Source of the DNA: Chloroflexota bacterium
GTDB taxonomy: Bacteria > Chloroflexota > UBA11872 > VXOZ01
Assembly (NCBI GenBank): GCA_964291655.2
Contig: OZ219802.1
Coordinates: 1,760,001-1,824,000, forward strand
Length of the DNA stretch: 64,000 nt
Reading direction: 5' to 3'
A program made the translations under genes and the position numbers. Below are positions 19,467-28,768 of this stretch, one piece after another. Below the pieces are notes generated by a model. That model was not told where the DNA came from. It saw only the letters and a list, made by a program, of their open reading frames with translations, and did no database searches. Numbering within the stretch: position 1 is the stretch's first letter; every line of letters begins with the position of its first letter.

Positions 19467-20894
19467 TTACCCTTTGTACTTCTCCTCCGTATCGTCGAGG
19501 ATGGCCTGAATCTGCGGCTTCAACGCCAGCAGGCCCTCTTCCACGCCAGCGGTACCGCCGTAAACATTATTGAGCCACTCTTTCACCTCGGCAGAGCCGC
19601 TGAAAGCGAAGTTTGGCACCACCCAGCCGGGGTCGTAGCCGCCGGGGTGGTCCAGGACGTTGACAATAACATCCAGCCGGACCTTATCCTTCAGGTCTGG
19701 GAAGGTCTCGTTGGCCCATTGCTCCATGAGGTCGGCGCGCATGGGGATCGTGCCTTTGCCCGCGGCCCAGTTCAGGGTGCTGCCCTGCCAGGCAACGTAC
19801 TGCCACGCTTCCTCGGGGTGGTCCGCATTGGTCACAACGCCGTTGGCGTCCGTCCATTGGAACGAGGCCGTGGTCTCCACCGTCGGCAAGGGCGCGAAGT
19901 CGATGGGCAGGTCTTCGTCACGGATGCGCTGCATCATGTCGCCAAACGTGCCGCTGGAAAGCGTGTTCAGAAACGCCAGCTTGCCCTGGTAGAAGAGATT
20001 GACAATGCTGCCTTCGCCGAACAGGTCCGCGCCCTGGCCCGGCTTCAGCATGGCGCCGTGCTCGTGCACCATCGAGAAGTAATCACTGTAGCACGCCATC
20101 GTCTCCGGGCTGTCGCACACGGCAGTACGGCGGTCGTCGGAAACCCACTGGCCGCCCCAGAGGAAAGGCAGGTTGCCCACCAGCGCGCCGGTGCCCATGT
20201 TGGAGGCGCCCATGGTCGCAATGTTGCCGCCCTCGGTGACGGTGGTCTTCTTCGCCATATCAATGTAGGCGTCCCAGTTCCACTCCGGGTCGCCCCAGGT
20301 GGCGGACGGCTCATTGAGGCCGGCCTTCTCGATGATTTCCCGGTTGTACGGCAGTGCCATCATGTTGCCGCCGGTCTGGTTGGGGAGACTGTTGATTTCG
20401 TTGCGGATGCGGCTGATGGAGTTGAAGATGTGCTGGGGATAGTGGCTCAGGTCGAAGTTGTCGCGCTTGATATAGTCGGCGAGATCGACAAAGTACCCAA
20501 GCAGATAGGTCGCGTTGTCCGCTTCCCAGGCGGCATCCGGCTGCTCACCGGCCGCAAACGCCGTCCGGAACGATTCCTGGTAGGCGTGCATATTGTGGAT
20601 GACTTCCACGGTAATGCCGGGGTGCGTCTCTTCGAACGGCGCAACCAGGGTGTCCGGGTAGTTCTCGAGCTGGCGGGCATTGAGCCAGGTGCCGTAGCGG
20701 ATGTGTACCGGCTCCTTCTCGGCAGCGGCCTCTTCCGCCTTGGGCTTGGCCTCTTCTGCCATCTCCTCGTCAGCGGCTTCGGGCTCCGCTATCGTGGCCT
20801 GCCCACAGGCGGCCAGCATTATGCCGACACCGGTTACGCCAATACCGGCGAGTATTCCACGTCGGGTCAATTGCAATTCATCACGGTCAGACAT
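19467..20894 (-). CDS. ABC sugar-family extracellular solute-binding lipoprotein (Tat signal)
   Basis: TRRGIL twin-arginine, LAAC lipobox, PFEETHPGITVE, YNREIIEKAGL, WNWD. Confidence 0.85.
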   Translation of the reverse strand: MSDRDELQLTRRGILAGIGVTGVGIMLAACGQATIAEPEAADEEMAEEAKPKAEEAAAEKEPVHIRYGTWLNARQLENYPDTLVAPFEETHPGITVEVIHNMHAYQESFRTAFAAGEQPDAAWEADNATYLLGYFVDLADYIKRDNFDLSHYPQHIFNSISRIRNEINSLPNQTGGNMMALPYNREIIEKAGLNEPSATWGDPEWNWDAYIDMAKKTTVTEGGNIATMGASNMGTGALVGNLPFLWGGQWVSDDRRTAVCDSPETMACYSDYFSMVHEHGAMLKPGQGADLFGEGSIVNLFYQGKLAFLNTLSSGTFGDMMQRIRDEDLPIDFAPLPTVETTASFQWTDANGVVTNADHPEEAWQYVAWQGSTLNWAAGKGTIPMRADLMEQWANETFPDLKDKVRLDVIVNVLDHPGGYDPGWVVPNFAFSGSAEVKEWLNNVYGGTAGVEEGLLALKPQIQAILDDTEEKYKG

Positions 20895-21350
20895 TCTCTT
20901 TGCCTCCTGGCAATGCTGTCGAAACAACTAGACTCCCTTTTGCACTATCACAGTGAAACCCACGACGTCGAACGTTGCCTTCTATGCGATTCGCGCCACT
21001 AGGCACCGCTCCGGTGCACTCTGCCTACACTATACTTCCGAACGTGATTGACTGTCAAGATAGAAAACAGGCGCAGCTAGGACTTTGAGGCCAGGTGGTT
21101 CGTCACGGATTCTACTGCGAAGGTAATGGCGCGGCGAATAATCCGCTAGCCCGGCGACGGGTGAATTCCAATGGGTACCGGGTACTGCGAGAGATGGAAC
21201 TGCCGTGAATGTGGACTCTAAAAAACCGTGCTTGCCGCTGGATGAGATGCCCGTGAGGTAGCTCCAAACGCAAGTTCCCCGCCCAGGCATAGATTGACGG
21301 GGTGTGCCTAAACTACGCCGTGGCAGAGATTGTAAAATCTCTCGTGGGGT

Positions 21351-21677
21351 CTAGACGCCAAGCGGCAGCAGTTGGGCCAGGCCGGAGAGCGCAACGGCCG
21401 CAGCGGCGGCGGAGGCGATCCACCACTTTATGCCGCGAATTTCGCCGCGCAACCCACTGACCTCACCACGCAGCTCACCGATCTCGCCATCCAGCCTGCC
21501 GATGTCAGCCTTGAGGTCGGCCTCCGCGCGCGCAATGTCAGCCTTCAACTCGGCCTTCATCTGCGAAAGATCTGTTTCCACGCGGGCAAGATCGGCCTTT
21601 GTTGCCAGGTGTTCGTAGCCGCCTTCAATGCGGCTTACGCGTTCGCCAAGTGGGTTCATTTGCTCCGCCGTCGCCAC
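21351..21677 (-). CDS. small coiled-coil membrane-anchored protein (DUF1640/CCDC90-like), 108 aa
   Basis: GERVSRIEGGYEHLATKADL head, coiled-coil stalk, IKWW plus hydrophobic anchor. Confidence 0.7.
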   Translation of the reverse strand: MATAEQMNPLGERVSRIEGGYEHLATKADLARVETDLSQMKAELKADIARAEADLKADIGRLDGEIGELRGEVSGLRGEIRGIKWWIASAAAAAVALSGLAQLLPLGV

Positions 21678-21749
21678 GTCAGATCTCCTAGATACTGACC
21701 CTTCATATGACTCTATGTGGCACTCGCTTGTGCTCAGTTACTCCGGGTC

Positions 21750-22043
21750 TCAGCCGCCAAGCGGCAGCAGTTGGGCCAGGCCGGAGAGCGCAACGGCTGC
21801 TGCGGCGGCGGAAGCGATCCACCACTTTATGCCGCGAATCTCGCTGCGCAAAGCCTCGACCTTTCCATCCAGCCCGGCGACCTTTCCGTCCAACCCAGCA
21901 ATCTTTCCATCCAGCCCGGCCAATTCGGCCTTCAATTCGGCCCTCATTTGCGCAAGGTCGGCCTTCGTGGCCAAGTGCTCATAGCCGCCTTCAATGCGGC
22001 TTACCCGTTCTCCTAGTGAATGAGTTTGCTCGGTCGTTACCAC
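21750..22043 (-). CDS. small coiled-coil membrane-anchored protein (DUF1640/CCDC90-like), 97 aa
   Basis: Same head and anchor; stalk of (L/I/V)AGLDGK heptads; GAGGAG RBS. Confidence 0.7.
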   Translation of the reverse strand: MVTTEQTHSLGERVSRIEGGYEHLATKADLAQMRAELKAELAGLDGKIAGLDGKVAGLDGKVEALRSEIRGIKWWIASAAAAAVALSGLAQLLPLGG

Positions 22044-22114
22044 GTGTGGTCTCCTCGAATCCGGCCATTGATCCCGCTATTCCGCAAGAGCCTACTCTCA
22101 ATTGACTGGCGCAT

Positions 22115-22387
22115 TCAGCCTCCAAGCGGCAGCAATTCAGCCAGGCTGGACAGCCCAACAACCGCAGCACCGACAGAAAGGATCCACCATTTGATGCCGC
22201 GAATCTCACCGCGCAGCCCGCCAATTTCGCCATCCAACCTGCCAATGTCAGGCTTCAGATCGGCTTTCATCTGCGCAACCTCGGTTTCAACGCGCGCAAG
22301 GTCGGCCTTCGTGGCCAAGTGCTCATAGCCGCCTTCAATGCGGCTGACCCGTTCTCCGAGTGAAGCTGTTTGCTCCGCCGTCGCCAA
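22115..22387 (-). CDS. small coiled-coil membrane-anchored protein (DUF1640/CCDC90-like), 90 aa
   Basis: Same head and similar anchor; TTG start with GAGGAG RBS. Confidence 0.7.
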   Translation of the reverse strand: MATAEQTASLGERVSRIEGGYEHLATKADLARVETEVAQMKADLKPDIGRLDGEIGGLRGEIRGIKWWILSVGAAVVGLSSLAELLPLGG

Positions 22388-22552
22388 AGGATGCGCTCCT
22401 CAAATGACTGATCTCGCCTCTCTTTATACTACATTTGTGTCATATACTCAAGTGTACAACACTTCTTAATTGCGAAGGAGTAATCAAGAGTAGAACTTTC
22501 AAAGTCCGAGGGCCGCCGGTCCATTGCGGCGCGACAAAGTTAGCGCTAGGTG

Positions 22553-23491
22553 CTAGCTCACCTGGTAGCCGCGCTTGGCATCGGGCAAGCCCACCGGCTT
22601 GCCGAGGGCTTCCGCCATGGCGCGCACGTGGTAAGGCAGCGCGCCGCAGCACGCGCCGATGAACTCGATGCCGATGCCTTCCGCTTCCTTGGCGTACTCG
22701 GCCATGACGAACCGGCTCAGCACGCGGGGCTCGACGCTGGGGTACAGGCCGGCGCGGCTAATCGCCTGGTTGAAAACCTCACCGGGTTCCAGTTGATAGG
22801 CGGTAGGTTGCACGCAGACGGGCACTGACACAGCGTCGCGAATGCGCCGTGCCATGTCGTTCATCGTCTGCCAAGGGCGCATGCAATTGAGGCCAACCAC
22901 GTCTGCGCCATTGTCCACGAGGCGCTTGGCCGCCTCCACCGGATTGTAGCCGTCGCGGGTAAATTCGCTGTCGCGGAAGGTCAGCGTGACCACGGCGGGC
23001 ACGCCCGCTTCCTTGACGAAGGGAATCGCGATGCTCGCCTCCTCCACGGAATAGAACGTCTCAACGATGAAGACGTCCACTTCGGAATCCATCTGCTCTG
23101 AGACCCGCCGCGCGAAGAAATCTTGCGCCCGCTTGTGATCGTCGGCATTCAGCGGCTCCCATTTGGAAGAGCCGGAGTATATGAACTGGCTGATGGTGCC
23201 GGCCACGTAGCGGTCGGGCCCGGCGGCCTCCCGCGCCAGTTCCACAGCCACCTTGTGAAGTTCCTTCTCCCGGCCAAAGGGCCGTACACCCCACGACATG
23301 GCCTGCAGGAGCTCCGCCCCCGCCCGGGCGAATTCGCGGTGCATCTCTAATACGGCTTCCGGATAGTCCAACACCGCCATCGGGATGTGCGAAGCATAGC
23401 TGCCAATCACCCTGCGCTCGAGTTCAAGGTAGTATGCGCCGTCGCCCAGCAGCGGCCCCTGCGCGAGTCGCTCGAGAAAATCCGCTTTCAC
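22553..23491 (-). CDS. homocysteine S-methyltransferase family protein (BHMT-like)
   Basis: GTG start after AAGGAG; LLGDGA, HREFARAGA, Zn ligands in VGLNC and IGACCG. Confidence 0.88.
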   Translation of the reverse strand: MKADFLERLAQGPLLGDGAYYLELERRVIGSYASHIPMAVLDYPEAVLEMHREFARAGAELLQAMSWGVRPFGREKELHKVAVELAREAAGPDRYVAGTISQFIYSGSSKWEPLNADDHKRAQDFFARRVSEQMDSEVDVFIVETFYSVEEASIAIPFVKEAGVPAVVTLTFRDSEFTRDGYNPVEAAKRLVDNGADVVGLNCMRPWQTMNDMARRIRDAVSVPVCVQPTAYQLEPGEVFNQAISRAGLYPSVEPRVLSRFVMAEYAKEAEGIGIEFIGACCGALPYHVRAMAEALGKPVGLPDAKRGYQVS

Positions 23492-23698
23492 CGGCCTGCT
23501 CCTTGTCGTTACTCCTCTTCGCCTTACCATCATACTGCAATGACAGGCGCCTACCCACCTCTTGGCGCCTCTCAGAGGCGACAAGCTTTGCGACGGTCGA
23601 GGGAGGGTAGGTGACTTGACAAGAGGCGCGCGACGACATTACGCACTGCTCGCCTTGCGGTCTCTGCCTGCCCTCCTATTGAGGAGAGTGGGCAGACA

Positions 23699-23707
23699 TG
23701 CTAAAAT
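23699..23707 (+). promoter_or_regulatory. extended -10 promoter of tRNA-Pro
   Basis: TG-C-TAAAAT 11 nt upstream of the tRNA. Confidence 0.5.
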
Positions 23708-23718
23708 TACGTCGTAAG

Positions 23719-23795
23719 CGGGGCGTGGCTCAGCCTGGTAGAGCGCAGCGTTCGGGACGCTGAGGCCGGCGGTTCAAATCCGCCCGCCCCGACCA
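23719..23795 (+). tRNA. tRNA-Pro (anticodon CGG)
   Basis: Acceptor stem CGGGGCG/CGCCCCG, anticodon stem CAGCG/CGCTG with loop TTCGGGA, GGTTCAAATCC T-arm, encoded CCA. Confidence 0.97.
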
Positions 23796-23948
23796 AGCAG
23801 TGAGACAAAGATGTCGCTTTACCTTTGCCGTCTGCCATTGCTTACCCCAATCGACTGCAAAACAGTCATTTAGCATGTGTACGTAGATGCGCGCGCTAGG
23901 GCAGAGGCCGCGCGGCCGTTGCCGCGAATCAGCAACGGGAGGATTTGG

Positions 23949-24260
23949 ATGCAACAACAACCACAAAATCCGGCAGTAGACAAACTCATTATCGCCGTCG
24001 TGCGCAACGATGATGCCAACACGATCGTGGACGAACTTGTGAAGCGGAGCATAGGCAACACGCGCATTAATACGGCCGGAGGCGTCCTGCGGCGCGGCAA
24101 CGTAACCCTGCTCGTCGGTGTGCCGGCCAGTCAAGTCGATGAAACTCTTGAGGTAATTCGCGAGAACGTGAGCGGCCAACCTCTCACGGGCAAGGGCCAG
24201 ACCGGCGAGAATCGCGGCGTCGCCTTTGTCGTTGACGCCGGCCGCTACGTGCGGGTGTGA
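23949..24260 (+). CDS. darA: PII-like cyclic di-AMP receptor (DarA/PstA)
   Basis: KLIIAVV..DDAN..TAGGVLRRGNVTLLVGV pattern; GGAGG RBS. Confidence 0.8.
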   Translation: MQQQPQNPAVDKLIIAVVRNDDANTIVDELVKRSIGNTRINTAGGVLRRGNVTLLVGVPASQVDETLEVIRENVSGQPLTGKGQTGENRGVAFVVDAGRYVRV

Positions 24261-24280
24261 GCGGCATTCAGCTTAACGGG

Positions 24281-24328
24281 GTATCCGTTCATCCTTCGAC
24301 AAGCTCAGGACGAACGGATACTTTTTTT
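24281..24328 (+). terminator. intrinsic terminator after darA built from a REP-like element
   Basis: GTATCCGTTC...GAACGGATAC stem followed by T7. Confidence 0.6.
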
Positions 24329-24340
24329 GATTTGGGCGGA

Positions 24341-24707
24341 TGCCTTGGTCGCTAGAGCGGACGCCATGGTGTCAGAGCCGGACGTTTGTTCGTCGGAACG
24401 GATGTCTGGTCGCTCGTGCGGGCGCCTGGTTGCTAGCGCGAGACCCTTGATCGCTTGAACGAATGCCTGGTCGCTAGCGCGGGGCACTTGTTCGCTTTAG
24501 CGGGTGACTGGTTGCTAGACCGGTTGCTCGGTGTCAGAGCTCGAAGTTTGTTTGTCGGAACGGACATCTAGTTGCTAGCGCGAGACGTTTGTTCGCTAGA
24601 GCGGGTGACTGGTTGCTAGCGCGAGACCCTTGATCGCTTGAACGAATGCCTGGTCGCTGGAACGGGACACCTGTTCGCTAGCGCGGATGCCTGGACGCTA
24701 GAACGGA
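24341..24707. repeat. degenerate non-coding tandem array, 18 units of 19-21 bp
   Basis: Consensus about YGYCTGGTYGCTAG(A/C)GCGRGA; exact 50-bp duplication at 24426-24475 and 24609-24658. Confidence 0.85.
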
Positions 24708-24794
24708 CCCCTTGGTCGAATACTGGTTCCTGATGGTCTGAATCTTCACGGCCTGATTCTTTGTGAGGCAGATCCCTTTCGGCTTCTCTTTTCC

Positions 24795-24897
24795 ATTCAT
24801 GGTGAGCGCTTCGACAAGCTCAGCACAGGCCTGTCGAATCCGTTCGTGGTGAGCCCGTCGAACCCCTTCGTGGTGAGCCTGTCGAACCATGAACGGA
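24795..24897. repeat. REP-like TTCGACAAGCTCAG / GTGAGCCTGTCGAACC cluster
   Basis: Same motif family at about 24293-24310 and 26583-26666. Confidence 0.75.
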
Positions 24898-24998
24898 GTT
24901 TGGGAGAGAATATTCTGGACACCTGTTACGTCGCACGCCCAGTAGACCCGACTCTTCTGCGGAGCTAATCCCGCATCCTGCGCAGGTGAATCGAATAG

Positions 24999-25790
24999 TC
25001 ACACGCCTTTCGACGTAAGAAAGTCCAAACTCGACCGCAGGCAGTCGAAGGGATCGCGCCGGCATGTATCCTGCTCCACGGCGTACCACTCCACGCCTGC
25101 CTTGTCTCCCGCCGCGATGATGCCGTCCCAGTCCAGATTGCCTTCACCCACCGGGCACATCACCGGTCCTTCGACAGCGTCTACTTCCTTATCCTTGGCA
25201 TGGATCACCGGTACCCGGCCGGACGCCTGAGCGAGCAGCTTTGCCGGATTCGCTCCGGCGTGGGCGACCCAGTAGACGTCGAACTCCAGCGTGAAGTCGG
25301 GCCCGCCTTCTTCGATGAAGATGTCGATGAGGGTCTTCGGGCCGGGCGCGAAGCGTTCGAACTCATGGGCGTGGTTGTGGTAGCCGAAGGTCAGGCCGGC
25401 GGCCTTGAGCCTTTGGATAACCGGCCGCGCCGCCTCCAGGAAGTCGCGGTAGCCCTGCTCGCCCTGACTGCGGTACGGCTGAGGGATGCCGCCAATTGCC
25501 ACGTAATTGCATTCCAGCACACCATGAAAGTCAATCTCGGACTGTGTATTGTTGGCCAAGTCGTCCCAGCTACGGTGCGTGGCAATACAGCGGATGCCGA
25601 CGTCGTCCAGCATCTGCTTTGCTTCTTGCACGGTAATCTCAGGATTGTCGTTCTCCAGCGCGCCAACGGCGGAAAACTGCGCCGCCTCGTAGCCCATTTG
25701 GCTAATCTTTCGAAGTGATTCGGCCAATTCGCTGCGCGTCTTGGTGTGGTCCCGCACGGTGTAAATCTGCGCTGCCACTTTGCTCGGCAT
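24999..25790 (-). CDS. sugar phosphate isomerase/epimerase (TIM barrel)
   Basis: AQIYTVRD, GYHNHAHEF, EFDVYWV, IHAKD, VGEGNLDW, VEQD; AAGGAG RBS. Confidence 0.9.
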   Translation of the reverse strand: MPSKVAAQIYTVRDHTKTRSELAESLRKISQMGYEAAQFSAVGALENDNPEITVQEAKQMLDDVGIRCIATHRSWDDLANNTQSEIDFHGVLECNYVAIGGIPQPYRSQGEQGYRDFLEAARPVIQRLKAAGLTFGYHNHAHEFERFAPGPKTLIDIFIEEGGPDFTLEFDVYWVAHAGANPAKLLAQASGRVPVIHAKDKEVDAVEGPVMCPVGEGNLDWDGIIAAGDKAGVEWYAVEQDTCRRDPFDCLRSSLDFLTSKGV

Positions 25791-26217
25791 CGGTATCTCC
25801 TTGTGCTAGGTGTGCATTCGTGGAAGAGTCGCTTTCACGTGATTATATACCGTTTGTCGGTGGGTCAGATGATCGACGCGGGAGAGCGCGATAAACCACA
25901 ATCTCTCAATTAGACGCGCAGCGGGCTTAGTCGACCAGCGGGAGACGAATGTCTCGCTCACGCCCATGCAAATCGGCCGTAGCGCGGGGGCTTGTTCGCC
26001 GCTCCGAACGAGGACCCTTGCAATTGATGAAAGGAAAGATGGGTTCCCGCTTTCGCGGGAACGACGGATTAAGGAGTAGCAGGGGCACGACATGTCGTGC
26101 CCCTACGCTTCGTTGGTGGATGGCCCATAGACCGGGAAATCTTCAGCGGCGCACAACGCATCGTCACGCGCCGCTGACAAGCGCAACTGGGTTGAAATTG
26201 ACTCTGGCGAGAAAGAC

Positions 26218-26502
26218 TCAGCCCGTGCCGCCGGAGACGGCGGGGACGATGGAGACCTCATCGCCGTCGCTGAGGGCCGTTGCCAGACCGTCCATAAAGC
26301 GAATGTCCTCACCGCGCACGTAGATGTTGATGAAGCGGCGCAGTTCGCCGTCCTCGTCGCACATGCGTGCCTTGAAACCGTCGTGGGCCTCGTCCAGCCT
26401 GGTGATGAGATCTTCGATGTTGCTTGCGCCCTCCACGGTGACCTCGGCCTTGCCGCCGGCCAGGGGACGGAGCGGGGTGGGAATCTTTACGGCATTTGCC
26501 AT
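26218..26502 (-). CDS. MoaD/ThiS/CysO-family ubiquitin-like sulfur carrier
   Basis: VKIPTPLR, LRRFINIYV.GEDIRF, C-terminus IVPAVSGGTG. Confidence 0.9.
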   Translation of the reverse strand: MANAVKIPTPLRPLAGGKAEVTVEGASNIEDLITRLDEAHDGFKARMCDEDGELRRFINIYVRGEDIRFMDGLATALSDGDEVSIVPAVSGGTG

Positions 26503-26706
26503 TATTTTGTCACTTCCTTCCCATCAGGGTGTTTGCCATGTCTCAGTAATGCAGTAGACGGGTTTTCTTGGATCTTGCAAGAACCGTTCGTGGTGTGCGC
26601 TTCGACAAGCTCAGCACAGGCCAGTCGAACCATGAACGGCCCTTCGACAAGCTCAGGGCGAACGGGAAACGTTGCCTTGCGTCCTTTGCAGCCACTCTCT
26701 AAGAAC

Positions 26707-27969
26707 TTACACGGTAACGGGTGTGCGTTCCAGACCGCGCACCGCTGCTTCGAATGATTCTACGTGGGGCGCAACCCGTATCGTCAAGTCGAGGGAATCC
26801 GAGACCGCCTCTTGGGCCTTGAGACCGTTGCCGGTGACGTACGCCACCGTGACCTCGTCGGGCGCGATCTGCCCGCTTTCGGCCAGCTTCTTAAGGGTGG
26901 CGATGGTCACGCCGCCCGCGGGCTCAGTAAAGACGCCTTCCGTCGAGGCGAGCAGTTGGATCGCCTCCACCACCTCTTCGTCGGTGACGGATTCAATGAC
27001 GCCGCCGGTATCCTGCGCAATCTTCACGGCGTGGTAGCCGTCGGCGGGATTGCCGATGGCCAGCGAATGGGCAATCGTGGTCGGCAGCTTCACAGGTCGT
27101 ATGGCGGTGGTATTGGCGGCATAGGCTTCCGCCACCGGACTGCATCCCTCGCCCTGCGCGCCGGAAATGCGCGTATGCGGCGTGCCTTCCAGCAAGCCCA
27201 CCTTGTACAGTTCGTTCAACCCCTTATGGACTTTGGTATAGAGCGAGCCCGAAGCGATGGGCGCCACAATATGGTCCGGCACGCGCCAGCCCAGTTGCTC
27301 CACCACCTCAAATGCCAGCGTTTTTGAGCCTTCCGAGTAGAAGGGGCGGATGTTGATGTTGACAAACGCCCAGGAGTAGCGGTCGGCAAGCTCGCTGCAA
27401 AGGCGGTTCAATTCATCGTAGGTGCCTTCCACCGAGACCAAGGTCGCGCCATACACTGCCGCGTTCACCACCTTGCCGTGCTCCACGGTGTGGGGCAAGA
27501 AGACATACGTGCGCAGGCCGTTGCGTACACCGGCGGCAGCAGTCGCGCTCGCCAGGTTGCCGGTGGATGCGCAGGCGAACGTATCAAACCCAAACTCCTT
27601 GGCCTTGGCTACCGCCACCGAGACCACACGGTCTTTGAACGAAAAGGTCGGGTTCACGCTATCGTTCTTGACGTAGAGTTCCTTCAGGCCCAGGGCCTTG
27701 CCCAGGTTGGGCGCAAGCTGCAAGGGGGTAAACCCCACCCGCCAGTTCAGGTCTTCGCCGCGCTCCACGGGCAGCAGGTCCTTATAGCGCCACAGCGAAA
27801 TTGGCCCCTGCGCGATCTTCTCGCGGCTTGTGATCTCGCGAATGGCATCGTAGTCGTACTCGACTTCCAGCGGGCCGAAACAGAAGGAACAAACATGCGT
27901 CGGCTGTACGGGATAGCGCTCCCCGCACTCCCGACACTTCAGTCCGCGTATGCGTTCAATTTCACTCAT
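26707..27969 (-). CDS. thrC: threonine synthase family PLP enzyme
   Basis: N-terminal CREC/CSFC, NPTFSFKDR PLP lysine, ASTGNLA, EGSKT, EPAGG, TGNGLK. Confidence 0.88.
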   Translation of the reverse strand: MSEIERIRGLKCRECGERYPVQPTHVCSFCFGPLEVEYDYDAIREITSREKIAQGPISLWRYKDLLPVERGEDLNWRVGFTPLQLAPNLGKALGLKELYVKNDSVNPTFSFKDRVVSVAVAKAKEFGFDTFACASTGNLASATAAAGVRNGLRTYVFLPHTVEHGKVVNAAVYGATLVSVEGTYDELNRLCSELADRYSWAFVNINIRPFYSEGSKTLAFEVVEQLGWRVPDHIVAPIASGSLYTKVHKGLNELYKVGLLEGTPHTRISGAQGEGCSPVAEAYAANTTAIRPVKLPTTIAHSLAIGNPADGYHAVKIAQDTGGVIESVTDEEVVEAIQLLASTEGVFTEPAGGVTIATLKKLAESGQIAPDEVTVAYVTGNGLKAQEAVSDSLDLTIRVAPHVESFEAAVRGLERTPVTV

Positions 27970-28150
27970 GATCCGGAGTCTTTCTCTAAATTCGACTTTG
28001 TCTGCAAAGTTGCTTCGACTTGTTCAGATCGGTTGCTTTGATTGGCTCTGTGTAGTTTCCGCGACGTGTACAACTCGGTTGCGTTGACCCACTCACGTAC
28101 TCCGCTCAACTCGGTAAGGCCACGGTTACCGGCGCCATCGGGCACGCTTT

Positions 28151-28310
28151 CCCGGTCTACCGCTTCAGCTTCTCTCTGCTAGTCAACCGCTTAGGTTTCT
28201 CTCTCCCGGTCAAGCGCCCCTTCAGTCTCCCGGTCAACCGCTCTAGTCTCTCCCTCAGCCAGTCAAGCGCCTCTTCAGTCTCTCGGTCAACCGCTCCAAT
28301 TTCTCCCTCT
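28151..28310. repeat. six-unit array with RGTCAASCGC core and pyrimidine-rich spacers
   Basis: Cores recur every 24-30 bp in the thrC leader. Confidence 0.65.
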
Positions 28311-28599
28311 CCCTCTGGGAGAGGGCCGGGGTGAGGGTCTTAGTGTGCAGCGGCTCTAAGGTCAGCCACACACCATTGCAGGCCGCAGAAACTCACGATG
28401 ATGTTTACAAGACTATTGCCCGCAGCGGGGCATGCGCGGCAATCCGCCGACGTCCGTAGTCATCGCGCGACGGGCGCCGCTATGCGGCATCCTTCCGCTT
28501 CCGGCAGCAGGTGTGCCGGGCCGGTGCACGCTAGCCGGTGCCTTGGGAGCGACCGGCAGACCAATGTCTTGTGTCAGAAAACTTCTCATTAAATAAGAA

Positions 28600-28632
28600 C
28601 AACCCCTTTCTCTTTCCTTATAGAGAGGGGTC
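28600..28632 (-). terminator. candidate expression-platform hairpin of the SAM riboswitch
   Basis: Imperfect CCCCTCTCT...AGAGAAAGGGG hairpin on the minus strand followed by TTGTTCTTATTT. Confidence 0.4.
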
Positions 28633-28650
28633 GTATGTCGCAATATTTCC

Positions 28651-28768
28651 CCTTATCTTGCCCCAATGCGCATGGGGCCGGAATTGGCACCCTGTCGTGG
28701 ACACAAATCATCGTCCACCGGGATGCCGGGCTTCATAGGGCCGTTTCCCTCCACCTCTCTTGATAAGG
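28651..28768 (-). ncRNA. SAM-I (S-box) riboswitch
   Basis: Minus strand reads CCTTATCAAGAGAGGTGGAGGGAAACGGCCCTATGAAGCCCGGCA...GGTGCCAATTCC...GATAAGG with P1 pairing. Confidence 0.93.

Noticed and set aside
19269-21002. Long antisense ORFs (also 46532-48244, 32674-33762, 60468-61622, 8402-9322)
   Set aside because: Shadow frames of well-supported opposite-strand genes in high-GC DNA; no motifs
21050-21345. Possible IS remnant or structured RNA
   Set aside because: Only weak end similarity and one short hairpin; no assignable family
23719-23795. tRNA-Pro as an island integration site
   Set aside because: No integrase and no duplicated tRNA 3' end seen in the window
24341-24707. CRISPR array
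   Set aside because: Units are contiguous and degenerate with no unique spacers; no cas genes in the window
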